Shown: positions 48,506-57,629 of the stretch, piece after piece | Layout of the letters: each line of letters starts with the position of its first letter | Position numbering within the stretch: the stretch's first letter is position 1 | The notes under the pieces: model-generated | Seen by the model: the letters and a program-made list of their open reading frames with translations, nothing else | Told to the model about the DNA's origin: nothing | The model's database searches: none | From: Planctomycetota bacterium | Lineage (GTDB): Bacteria > Planctomycetota > PUPC01 > JACPCR01 | DNA: 64,000 nucleotides | Assembly: GCA_016179685.1 (NCBI GenBank) | Contig: JACPCR010000061.1 | Coordinates: 28,336 to 92,335, forward strand | Reading direction: 5' to 3' | Position numbers and translations under genes: made by a program

Positions 48506-49834
48506 ATGCCTCTTCACTTCAAGCCCGTGGTCGAGGTCGAGCAGGACGTCTATCGTTATGAGCCGGCGAACAACGGCGCATCGCCGTTGTGGTGTCACGG
48601 ATCGACTTGCCTCGCGCGCATCGGGTCGGACGTCTTCGCCACCGGGCTCGAGACCCTTCCAGACCAGAAGCCGCTGCTCAACTGCCGCTGGATGCTGTTC
48701 CACCGGCGTGATGACGAAAAAGAGTTCCACCTTGTCTGCCGCGACCTTCGCGAGCGCACGCGTGAGCCGAGTCCCATCGCCTGTTCTCAGGACGGCCGCT
48801 TCTTTGTCTCAGTGAATCCCACGCTCACGGACCTGACGAAGTACAGCGGTCCCGCCAGGCCGCAGGTGCTCGAGCTGACGGTGCGGGACCCGTTTGCGCC
48901 CTGGAAGAGCCTGTCCCCGCGCTGGGAGGGTGAGCCGGCCTTCACCGAGCACTCCTACCGCACCTTCACGGCCGACGGAAGCCGAGGCGAGTTGCTGCTC
49001 CTGCAGAATACGGGCTATGACCGCGCCTGGTGGAGCTTCCGGGACTCGAACGGCGAGTGGTCCGCCTGCGGGCACGTCGACTGGCCCTGGGGCGGCGAAT
49101 ACGTTAAGCCGCAGCCGGTCCGGCTCTGCTACCCGAACGTGGTTCTTGCCGACCGGGCCGTTCATTTCTTCGGTGTGAGCGACATTGTCGAGCCGAATCC
49201 GGCATGGAAGGCTTACAAGAAGGAGATCACGGGCCGGGAATGGGATTTTGACTTCCGCCGACTTTTCTATTCCTGGACGCCGGATATCACGCGGCAGCCC
49301 CTTCATCCGTGGATCGAGGTCGCCAGCCGAGAGAAGACTTGCGGCTGGCTTCAGATGGGCGACCTCTGGCTCGCGCCCGACGGGGCGGTCCACCTGCTCT
49401 GGCACGATCGAAGCCTGGACGAACGCCTGCGGCAGAAGTTCTTCCCGGGCGAACGCCTCACGATTTCACTGGAGTACGCCGTTCTGCGGGACGGGCGGAA
49501 AGTGTTTCAGGGGACCCTGGCCGTTTCCGGCGATGGCGGCACGGGCGAGGTCCCCGGCGCCGGCCGCTTTCAGGTCGCCGAGGATGGCCGTCTTTTCGTC
49601 CTGTATGCAGTCACCTTGGCCGGAGGCGCCATCGAGAATCGGATTCTGGAGATTCGGCCTGGCGGCCACGCCACCGGTCCGATGCGGATTCCGCTGGCGA
49701 AGCCCTTCGTGCCGATGTTTTTCACGGCGACGACTCGAGGCGGCTCGCGCCCTTCGAACGTCATCGATGTGCTGGGCCACGGCGCGGGCGACCCACAAAC
49801 GATCCGGTACGCCCGCATCCGGATCACGGAGTAG
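48506..49834 (+). CDS. hypothetical protein (beta-rich, Trp-rich; possibly propeller or sialidase-like)
   Basis: 442-aa ORF with a GGAGAA RBS and normal composition. No firm motif. Confidence 0.5.
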   Translation: MPLHFKPVVEVEQDVYRYEPANNGASPLWCHGSTCLARIGSDVFATGLETLPDQKPLLNCRWMLFHRRDDEKEFHLVCRDLRERTREPSPIACSQDGRFFVSVNPTLTDLTKYSGPARPQVLELTVRDPFAPWKSLSPRWEGEPAFTEHSYRTFTADGSRGELLLLQNTGYDRAWWSFRDSNGEWSACGHVDWPWGGEYVKPQPVRLCYPNVVLADRAVHFFGVSDIVEPNPAWKAYKKEITGREWDFDFRRLFYSWTPDITRQPLHPWIEVASREKTCGWLQMGDLWLAPDGAVHLLWHDRSLDERLRQKFFPGERLTISLEYAVLRDGRKVFQGTLAVSGDGGTGEVPGAGRFQVAEDGRLFVLYAVTLAGGAIENRILEIRPGGHATGPMRIPLAKPFVPMFFTATTRGGSRPSNVIDVLGHGAGDPQTIRYARIRITE

Positions 49835-50124
49835 ACCCGGGGATTCGCTCAAAGGGGCCGTTCGGCCGTGCTTCGCGAAGCTCGAGGCGGCCGTTCCGGC
49901 GCAGTGGAGAGGTGTTCGACTGTGATGAGGAAGGCATGCAGGCTCAATGGCGGCGCCTTCACGTTCGCGCGTGCGGGCGTAGGGAGTTGCCGCCGTTTTC
50001 ATACCGGTGCGCTCACGACTATTTTCTGGCCTATGTGCGTGCGCGTGCTGGACACATGGATCAGAATTCAAGAATCGCGCCCGGGCGTACGGGAGTGAAT
50101 ACCCATTCCATTTTTGGAAAGCCT

Positions 50125-53100
50125 ATGGACGAGCCACGACATTCGTTTCGAATTGCCTGGATGGGTCTGTACCTCTGCTGCATTTTTTTTGTCGGCGAGT
50201 TTCATGCCACCGCGGCCCCATCTTGGGCCAAGGAATTCCCGCCCGACCCTCCCGTGCCGCTGTCGTTGCCCATCGATCTCGAGGCGGCCAAGAAGGAGTG
50301 GAAGATCGTCGGCGAGCCGAAGGTGATCGAGGACGAGATTCTCAAGCGCAAGGTTTTCATGGTGCCGCTCTACCAGGGCTTTTATCCGAGGTCCCTGGCC
50401 AGCTTTTCAGGCTCTTACGCTGCTGAAATGCTCGTGAGGCTGTCGGACCCGAAACAGGGCTATGGTGGAGCGTCGCTGCGAGTGGGCGTTCGGGACAAGA
50501 ACGGCGCGGCCTCACCGGCTTACTCGATCTCGATCGGAAGGTACTACGAACGTGGATACATCCTCACACCTGCCTTGGGTGAATCGACGCTGTGGACCCA
50601 GCCGCACCGGCTGCCCGGCGAGCGCAAGACCTCCTGGTCGGTCTGGGACCCTCTTTACGGCATGGAGCGATTCCCGCCGGACAAGATTTCGCCGCTCTGG
50701 GACGAGGACTTTCGCATCGGTGTAGAGAACGGCATGGCCAAGGTGCCGAAGGTGCATGAGCGCTGGCATCGAGTGCGGATCGAGGTGCGGGATGGCCGCG
50801 CCCGGTGCTACCATGGCGGCATGCTCGTCGCCGACGAGGAGAACCGCGTGCAGGCCGACGGCGCGGTCCAGCTCGATCTGTCCGGGGAGGCCCGCGTGGC
50901 CTCGCTCGTGTTGCAGCCCCTCGTGGACCGGCCCAGCGCCTACTATCCCGTGCCGCTGGATGACATTCTGAATGCTCGGGGCCCCGTCGATCCCGCGACT
51001 TTGCCGGCCGCGGGACGGGAGGCCTCCGTCGCCGGCGTCCCCTTCCTCTTCCCGCCTCGGAGCGACCAGGCCGACCACGTCGACGTGGGTCAGAGCTTTT
51101 TCCGCTACGGGCTCGGCCAGGGCTACGGGGACGCGGACCCGATGACCACGTGGCCGACGGTGACGGTGCTCGATCCGGCCATGATCCGGCTGAGGGTGCC
51201 GAACCAGGCCTACCAGCGCCTATGGATTCTGGCGGCATCGGATGGCGAGCCGAACAGCACGCCGGTGATGACCGTTCGTTTCTACAGGGGCTACAAGGGG
51301 TGGCCGCTGGACGCGGCGACCCGCGTCCCGGAGTTCACGGCGAAGTCCTCGCCGAAGGAGGCGCTGCAGATGCCCATCGAGACCGTGGATGGGGGCGACC
51401 GCATCCATCTGAAGCCGCGCCCGGTATTCGAGCCCGAGCGCCTGAAGGTGAGGATGACCGATGGCAGTGCGGGCAGCCTCTGGCTCGTCCCGATCGAACT
51501 GGATGCGGGTGCGCTGGCATCGGACTTTAGGGAGGAGCCGGCGCTCTGCATCGAGCTGACGAAAGAAGTGAAGGACTACCGCGCTTTCCCGGACCCCATG
51601 TTCTACGGCAGCTACCCGGCTGGCCTGCCCAGCGCCGTGCGCGTTTATGCCCTCACGCTGGAGAGGGCGCCGGTTTCCGTCATCTCCTCCGGCACCCGTC
51701 ATGGAAAGGTTTATCCCTCCCCCGAGCAGCCGGTCTGGGCGGTCGATCTCAAGAGCCAGTCGGCCTCCGATACCGTGGCGACGCTGCGGGTCGAGTGCGT
51801 CTCTCCGGGCGGCCGGCGGCAGACCTTCATCGAGGGCGTTCATGTCCCCGCGGGGCAGAAGGCCCGGCTCGAGTTCCTTCCCGAGCTGCCGGAGTTTGGC
51901 CTGTATGCCGTGCGAACGACCGTGACCACTGGGAAGGATGCTCAAGCGCGGAACGGGACGTTCCTGAGGTTACCACCGGACACGCGTGTGACGAACGAGC
52001 ACAACAGCCGCTGGGGCCTCTGGTGCTGGGGTGGGGGGCACGAGACGGAATCGGACCCGGACAACAACATGCAGATTCTGCGGGCGCTGGGCAGCCGCAT
52101 CGGCGGGCAGTTCGAATACGAGAAGCGGCAGAAGTGGGGCATCGGCCCCACGGCTTCCCTGTGCTCGAATCTTTACTTCGACCTTCCGGAATGGTCGAAG
52201 AAGGAGCCGTATGATCCCGCCGAATACGAGAAGTTCAAGGAGACCTTCTCCAAGGAAATCGAGGACCGGATCAAGAAGGACCCGGGCATCGAATACTTTT
52301 CCGTCTTCGCCGAGCACATGATCTCGCTGCCCATCACGCACAACATGCCGCCGGAAATGTTCGGCAAGCCATGGCACGAATACACGGAGGCCGAGAAGGT
52401 GTCCATCCGTGCGCATTTCATCAGCGCGAAGGCCGCCTTCGAGGCATGCCGCAAGGCCGCCCCGAAGGCCAAGTTCCTTTTCGGGCACTGCGGCCCCCTC
52501 TTCTCGCTCCCCTTCATGCGCATGGGCTACGACAAGCAGCTTTTCGACGGCTACGGCGTGGACTCGCCGCAGTTCGAGCGCATGCCCGAGCGGCCCCCGC
52601 GGTCCGTCGAAGCCAATATCATGTATTTTCTCAAGGAGGACATGAAACGGCTCGGCTACGACAAGGAGCTGGTGCACGTCGAGTCCTACTATCCTTCGAG
52701 CCATCCGTTGGCGCTCGGCTTCCGCCGTTCCGCGGACAGCGTGGTCCGGACGGCCGTCTTGTCTCTGGCGCTCGGCTCGGACCGTTTCTTTGCCTGCTGG
52801 ACGACGCACGACTGCGAAGGCTACTGGGGCAGCCAGCACTACGGCTGCATCGGCATGATCAGTCGAAAGCCGGAGTACAACCCGAAGCCGGCGGCCGCGG
52901 CCTTCGCCACCCTGACCCAGATGCTGGACACTGCCCTGTACGACGGCTGGCTTCCGACCGGCTCGCGCACCGCTTACTGCGTGCGCTTCAAGGACTCCGA
53001 TAAATGGATATACAGCCTTTGGACCCTGCGGGGGACACGGCCGATAACGCTCCACGCGCCGGCGAACTGCAAGCTGGTCCGGGTGGACGAGAATGGCAAC

Positions 53101-54336
53101 TCCACGCCGATGGCGCTCGTCGAGGGGCGGGCCACGGTCACGCTTTCCGAGACCGCTTTCTGGGTCGTAGCACGGGGCGCACCCATCGAAAAGGCGGAGG
53201 TCGGCGCGCCCGACTACAGCGCCGAGTCCCTCATCGCCCGTTCCAGCGGGGAGGCGATCGCCTCCCCGCGCGGGCCGGCCGCGCGATATCTCCTCGAGGA
53301 CTTCGAGGCCCGGGAATGGTCCACCAGCGCTGAACGCGATGTCCGTTACGATACGAATTGCTGGGACGTGGTCCGCACGCCGGGCCCGTTCCAGTTCGAA
53401 CGCGTCCACTCGCCTGAACGGCAGTCCCGGGTCGTCCGGGTCACCCTGACCGAGCGTCCCGGGGGCAAGCCGTTCGTGAGTTGGTACGGCAGCACTGCGC
53501 CGGCCCGTCCTCTCCCGATTCCCGGAAAGGCGCGGGCGTTGAGCGTGCGGGCCAAGGGCAATTCCGGCTGGGGCCGAATCGTTTACGTCGTCCAGGACGC
53601 CAAGGGCGAGGTCTTCCAGAGCGTGGGAACAAAAGACGACTGGAACTGCGACGACGTTCATTCCTGGTCCTATTTCAACTTCGACGGCTGGCGAACCATG
53701 GAATTCCCGTTGCCGGCCAATTCGCCCGGTGACGATTACCGTGAAATGGACAGTGTCTGGTGGAATCACTCGGAAGAGGGGATTGTCGATTTGCCCCTCC
53801 AGCTTGTCCGGATATTCATCGAAATGCAGACTCACCAGATTTACGTGGATGAGATGCTCCCCGTCGAGAATCTGACCATCGAGCTGGACGACCTCGAGGC
53901 GGTATACGACGATCCGGAGGACATGACGGAGAAGCCGGTCCTCGTCCAACGGTCCGCTGCCGGCACGTTGAAAGCCAGGGCCACGGGCGGCTCGCTGCCG
54001 AACCCGATCGCCGGGCTGCGAGAGGCCGGCGTAGGGGCCGCGACGGAGATTCTGAAGGCCTACCGGCCCGAGCGGGAGTATGACGGCACCCGCATTCATC
54101 TCTCGCTCCGGCCGGTCGAAGGCGTCAAGGAATACCAGGTCTGGGTCAGCGCCTACGAGGACGGGCGCGGCGCCGTGGCTCACCTGAAAACGAAGGAGAC
54201 CGAGCCCCTGGTGACAGGCTTGAAGCCGAATGTCCCGCTCTATTTCTTCGTCACCTACACCGATGCGCAGGACAAGCCGTCCAAGCCCTCGGCCGTCCGG
54301 CGGACGGTGCTCAAGGACGAGTTCCCGATGAAGTAG
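50125..54336 (+). CDS. giant secreted hypothetical protein (1403 aa) with central TIM-barrel-like region and C-terminal fn3-like domain
   Basis: Start chosen at ATG 50125 (MDEPRHSFRIAWMGLYLCCIFFVGEFHATAAPSWA, a signal/anchor). The upstream 270 codons of the track ORF are Arg/Gly-rich. The C-terminus EYQVWVSAYEDGRG...LKPNVPLYFFVTYTD is fn3-like. Confidence 0.65.
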   Translation: MDEPRHSFRIAWMGLYLCCIFFVGEFHATAAPSWAKEFPPDPPVPLSLPIDLEAAKKEWKIVGEPKVIEDEILKRKVFMVPLYQGFYPRSLASFSGSYAAEMLVRLSDPKQGYGGASLRVGVRDKNGAASPAYSISIGRYYERGYILTPALGESTLWTQPHRLPGERKTSWSVWDPLYGMERFPPDKISPLWDEDFRIGVENGMAKVPKVHERWHRVRIEVRDGRARCYHGGMLVADEENRVQADGAVQLDLSGEARVASLVLQPLVDRPSAYYPVPLDDILNARGPVDPATLPAAGREASVAGVPFLFPPRSDQADHVDVGQSFFRYGLGQGYGDADPMTTWPTVTVLDPAMIRLRVPNQAYQRLWILAASDGEPNSTPVMTVRFYRGYKGWPLDAATRVPEFTAKSSPKEALQMPIETVDGGDRIHLKPRPVFEPERLKVRMTDGSAGSLWLVPIELDAGALASDFREEPALCIELTKEVKDYRAFPDPMFYGSYPAGLPSAVRVYALTLERAPVSVISSGTRHGKVYPSPEQPVWAVDLKSQSASDTVATLRVECVSPGGRRQTFIEGVHVPAGQKARLEFLPELPEFGLYAVRTTVTTGKDAQARNGTFLRLPPDTRVTNEHNSRWGLWCWGGGHETESDPDNNMQILRALGSRIGGQFEYEKRQKWGIGPTASLCSNLYFDLPEWSKKEPYDPAEYEKFKETFSKEIEDRIKKDPGIEYFSVFAEHMISLPITHNMPPEMFGKPWHEYTEAEKVSIRAHFISAKAAFEACRKAAPKAKFLFGHCGPLFSLPFMRMGYDKQLFDGYGVDSPQFERMPERPPRSVEANIMYFLKEDMKRLGYDKELVHVESYYPSSHPLALGFRRSADSVVRTAVLSLALGSDRFFACWTTHDCEGYWGSQHYGCIGMISRKPEYNPKPAAAAFATLTQMLDTALYDGWLPTGSRTAYCVRFKDSDKWIYSLWTLRGTRPITLHAPANCKLVRVDENGNSTPMALVEGRATVTLSETAFWVVARGAPIEKAEVGAPDYSAESLIARSSGEAIASPRGPAARYLLEDFEAREWSTSAERDVRYDTNCWDVVRTPGPFQFERVHSPERQSRVVRVTLTERPGGKPFVSWYGSTAPARPLPIPGKARALSVRAKGNSGWGRIVYVVQDAKGEVFQSVGTKDDWNCDDVHSWSYFNFDGWRTMEFPLPANSPGDDYREMDSVWWNHSEEGIVDLPLQLVRIFIEMQTHQIYVDEMLPVENLTIELDDLEAVYDDPEDMTEKPVLVQRSAAGTLKARATGGSLPNPIAGLREAGVGAATEILKAYRPEREYDGTRIHLSLRPVEGVKEYQVWVSAYEDGRGAVAHLKTKETEPLVTGLKPNVPLYFFVTYTDAQDKPSKPSAVRRTVLKDEFPMK

Positions 54337-54345
54337 CACATCGTC

Positions 54346-54933
54346 ATGGGGAAGAAGCGTTCGGCCCGGTCGGTGATCCTGACGTTGGCAGGGGCGACAG
54401 TTGCAGGCCTTCTCATCCACTTCGCCATTGCACGGCTTGGCGGGACCGGCCGCATCTCCCTGGAGCGTTTGCTCTCTTCGCGCACCGAAGTGCTGATGGA
54501 AGAGGTCGGGCGCTTCGAGGGCTATCCCGTGGCGACTCGGCGGGAGGTCATCTCGTTGTTGAGGTCGGTCCTGCGCCGGGATGAAGAGAGCGAGCGTCGT
54601 TTTCGTGCGGCTCTGGCGCTGCACCAACTTCAGCCGCCGGATGTTGAGGAGGACTTTCTTGAAGCGCTAGCGGACTCGGAGGCCAGGGTCCGGGCGAGTG
54701 CGGCCACCTCGCTGGGCGCCTACGGATACGTGCCGGCGGTGCCGGGCCTGGTCGGCTTGCTCTGCGACCCGGACGTCACGGTCCGAAGGAGCGCCATCTA
54801 CGCTCTGGGCGAGATCGGCAGCCACGACTGCATCGAAGCCCTGAAATCGCTGCCCCGAGACGCCCTCGAGGACTCCCTCACCCGGCAGCGCGTCCAGGCC
54901 GCGCTCGAGTCGGCCGATCGGGCACGACCCTGA
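54346..54933 (+). CDS. HEAT-repeat (PBS-lyase type) protein with N-terminal membrane anchor
   Basis: Hydrophobic segment SVILTLAGATVAGLLIHFAIA. Repeats ARVRASAATSLGAYG and VTVRRSAIYALGEIG. Confidence 0.6.
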   Translation: MGKKRSARSVILTLAGATVAGLLIHFAIARLGGTGRISLERLLSSRTEVLMEEVGRFEGYPVATRREVISLLRSVLRRDEESERRFRAALALHQLQPPDVEEDFLEALADSEARVRASAATSLGAYGYVPAVPGLVGLLCDPDVTVRRSAIYALGEIGSHDCIEALKSLPRDALEDSLTRQRVQAALESADRARP

Positions 54934-54949
54934 CAGCGGTGTTCCTGTG

Positions 54950-56452
54950 ATGCGATCATCGTTTCCCTATCTCCTGGTGGCGACCCTGCTGGCCGCGGGT
55001 CTCTCCGCTGGAAATCTGACCAAGGAGCTCTGGTTCGACGAGGCCTACACGCTCGGGCACTTCATCGCTCGCGGCTTTTTCGGGGTCTTCACCGACTACC
55101 ATTCCACCAATAACCATATCCTTTTCACTTTTCTCCTCGTGGGGTGGGTAAAGCTCCACCTGCTGCTCGACTGGCCCGAATGGTGTCTGCGCTTGCTGCC
55201 CTGGTCCTTCGCCCTTGCCTCCGTCGCCTGCCTCCACGCCGCGGTGCACGCCTGGCGCGGTCCCCTGGCTGCCTTTTACGCCGCCGTCCTTCTGGGGACA
55301 TCCCACGTCTTTCTCAACTTCTCATGCCAGGTTCGAGGCTACTCGCTTTCGGCCCTCGAGACCTCGCTCGCCCTGTGGCTGATCCTTCGGCTTCTGGAGA
55401 GGCCAACACGGATTGGCCTGGCCGCTTACGCGCTCGTCGCTCTGCTGGCCGTAGGGACGATTCCGACGAACGTGTTGCCCCTGAGCGCCCTGGCGGCGTG
55501 GGGCATCATCGAGCTGGTACACCGCGGCGCGCTGAAGAGCGCGGCCGGCCTCCGAGCCGCCGCGGTCATCGCTCTGGCCCCGCCGTCGGGCCTGCTCTGG
55601 TATCTCTGGCATCCCCGCGTGCGTTCCCAGTTCCTCCAACTCGTGCCGTCCGAGCCGGCCAGCTTCACAGCGGCCACGCGGGTCTGGGCTGACCTGGGGT
55701 ACGCCCTCCTTACCGACCTTCTCTGGCTGACGCCGCTTTTCATCGGCGGCGTTCTACTTCTGGGTCTTAGGCCGGACCTCGACGACGAGCGGAGTCGGCC
55801 CAGGCCTGGGTATTTTCTGCTCGCGGCGCTGACGCCGCTCCTGCTGGTCTTTCGCTTCAACAGCCTCTCGTTGTCGCGGGTCTTCTTCCCCTTCTTCCCC
55901 TGGTGGTTCGCAGGCCTGGGAATAGCTCTCGATGAAGCCTGCCGCCGCCTCGCACGGCGGTGGCCCAGGCTCGGACAACCTTTGCGCCTGCTCATCCTGG
56001 GCGTAGCGGCCCTGGCCGCATGCCGGGAGGCGACGTTCGTCACGGGGTATCGGGAGCGCTTGGCCTCGGAGCGGCCTCAAGGCGTTTATGACCAGTATTA
56101 CCAGGTGGACTTTTCGCCCCATGGGGTGATCGACTTTTTGAGCCGGGCCGGCGACTCGGGCCCCGGGGTCGCCCTGACGGACGAGAGCGACCATTATGCG
56201 CTGAAGTTCCACGCCTTTCTGTATGAATTTGCGCCCTTGTACTCCGCCGGAGGCGTGGGGTCTCGCGAGGCTTTCGCCGATGCCCTCGCCTCCGGCCGCG
56301 ACGTCTACCTGGTCTCCAACGGCCTTCTCAATGCCTGGTCCATGCTGGCCAAGGTCACGGAGAAAGAATTCAAGCTGGATGACTTGGCTCTTGTGCGGGA
56401 CACTGGCTTTTTCAAAATCTACGTCCTGCCTCGGCAGGGACTTCATCCGTGA
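54950..56452 (+). CDS. polytopic membrane protein, GT-C-type glycosyltransferase-like (PMT_2/GT39-like), paralog 1
   Basis: ELWFDEAYT (a D-E motif in the first extracytoplasmic loop) and about 11 TM helices. ATG at 54950 is preferred over the GTG at 54947. Confidence 0.5.
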   Translation: MRSSFPYLLVATLLAAGLSAGNLTKELWFDEAYTLGHFIARGFFGVFTDYHSTNNHILFTFLLVGWVKLHLLLDWPEWCLRLLPWSFALASVACLHAAVHAWRGPLAAFYAAVLLGTSHVFLNFSCQVRGYSLSALETSLALWLILRLLERPTRIGLAAYALVALLAVGTIPTNVLPLSALAAWGIIELVHRGALKSAAGLRAAAVIALAPPSGLLWYLWHPRVRSQFLQLVPSEPASFTAATRVWADLGYALLTDLLWLTPLFIGGVLLLGLRPDLDDERSRPRPGYFLLAALTPLLLVFRFNSLSLSRVFFPFFPWWFAGLGIALDEACRRLARRWPRLGQPLRLLILGVAALAACREATFVTGYRERLASERPQGVYDQYYQVDFSPHGVIDFLSRAGDSGPGVALTDESDHYALKFHAFLYEFAPLYSAGGVGSREAFADALASGRDVYLVSNGLLNAWSMLAKVTEKEFKLDDLALVRDTGFFKIYVLPRQGLHP

Positions 56453-57618
56453 AATCCATTCCGGTTGCCCTTATTTTGGTACTCCTGCTCGGCGCGGCCC
56501 TATCCGCGCCCTACCTGTGCAAAGACTTCTGGTTCGACGAGCGCTGGACGATCACGGACTTCGCGCCCCTGGGCTTCTGGGGCGTCTTCACGGAATACCG
56601 CCAGCCCAACAATCACATGGTCTTCACGTCGGTGCTCGTCCTCTGGATGAAGGTCTGCACGCTGCTGGACCTGCCGGAGAAGTGTCTGCGCCTCCTCCCG
56701 TGGCTTTTTTCCCTGGGCGCGGTCGCCGCCCTCTTTCTGTCCGTACGCGCTTGGCGCGGACCCCGCGCAGCCGTATGGGCCGGGGTGCTGCTCGTCACCT
56801 CCCATTTCTTCCTGCTGCACTCCTGTCAGGTCCGAGGCTATGCCCTTTCCTGCCTCGAGTGGTCCCTGGGCTTTGGCCTGACCTTCAGGATACTCTCGCG
56901 GCCCTCCGGTCCACTCCTCACTGCCTACGCCTTGGTGGCCACCTTGGCGGTGGGCACGGTGCCCACGAATCTGCCCATCTTCTTCTGCCTCGGCCTCTGG
57001 ATGGCCGCGGAATTGAAACGACAAGGCGATTGGAGTAGGGCGTATGGCAAGCTGCGGGCCGCCGCATGCCTGTTCGTTCCCTTGCCCGGCCTAGCCTTTT
57101 ATCTCGTGCATCCTAGGGTCCGCCAGCAATTCTTCGGTCACTCGATGAATCCTTTCTTCTGGAAGGACGTGAGGGAGCTGTACGAGGAGCTGGGGCATCG
57201 GCTGCTGCCGGATTTCCTGTGGTTGCTCCCGCTGGTCGCCGCGGGCCTGTATGCCGCCTGGCGAGGCGGACCGCATGGAAACACCCAGGACGTCCGACTC
57301 GGCCCAAGCCTCCCCCTCTTCGCTCTGGCTTCGGTCATTCCGTTGGCGGGCGGGCTCTTTCTGGCCTACTATGCCCGCAATTTTGTGCCGATGCTGCCCT
57401 GGTGGTCCGCAGCCTGCGGCCTGGCGCTGGACGAAGCCTTCGTGTGGCTTGAGACGGGGTGGCCGCGAGCACGCCGATGGGCAGCGGCGCTCCTGGTGGT
57501 GGTCGTCCTGTCGGCCGCGGCACGCGAAGTCCTGCTGTTCCGCAAGCTGGGCGGCCGCTGGGTGCCCGCCGCGGCCGTCTCGAAGTCGGACACGTCCGAC
57601 ACGTCCGACTCCTGCTGA
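56449..57618 (+). CDS. polytopic membrane protein, GT-C-type glycosyltransferase-like, paralog 2
   Basis: DFWFDERWT motif and the same helix layout as paralog 1. GTG start overlaps the upstream stop (GTGA). C-terminal SKSDTSDTSDSC is encoded by a short tandem repeat. Confidence 0.5.
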   Translation: MKSIPVALILVLLLGAALSAPYLCKDFWFDERWTITDFAPLGFWGVFTEYRQPNNHMVFTSVLVLWMKVCTLLDLPEKCLRLLPWLFSLGAVAALFLSVRAWRGPRAAVWAGVLLVTSHFFLLHSCQVRGYALSCLEWSLGFGLTFRILSRPSGPLLTAYALVATLAVGTVPTNLPIFFCLGLWMAAELKRQGDWSRAYGKLRAAACLFVPLPGLAFYLVHPRVRQQFFGHSMNPFFWKDVRELYEELGHRLLPDFLWLLPLVAAGLYAAWRGGPHGNTQDVRLGPSLPLFALASVIPLAGGLFLAYYARNFVPMLPWWSAACGLALDEAFVWLETGWPRARRWAAALLVVVVLSAAAREVLLFRKLGGRWVPAAAVSKSDTSDTSDSC

Positions 57619-57629
57619 AGGGTGTGAAA

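Noticed and set aside
49309-50124. 272-codon upstream extension of the 1403-aa gene overlapping the 3' end of the 442-aa gene.
   Set aside because: Arg/Gly/Pro-rich and overlaps a real CDS. The hydrophobic signal-like N-terminus begins at ATG 50125.
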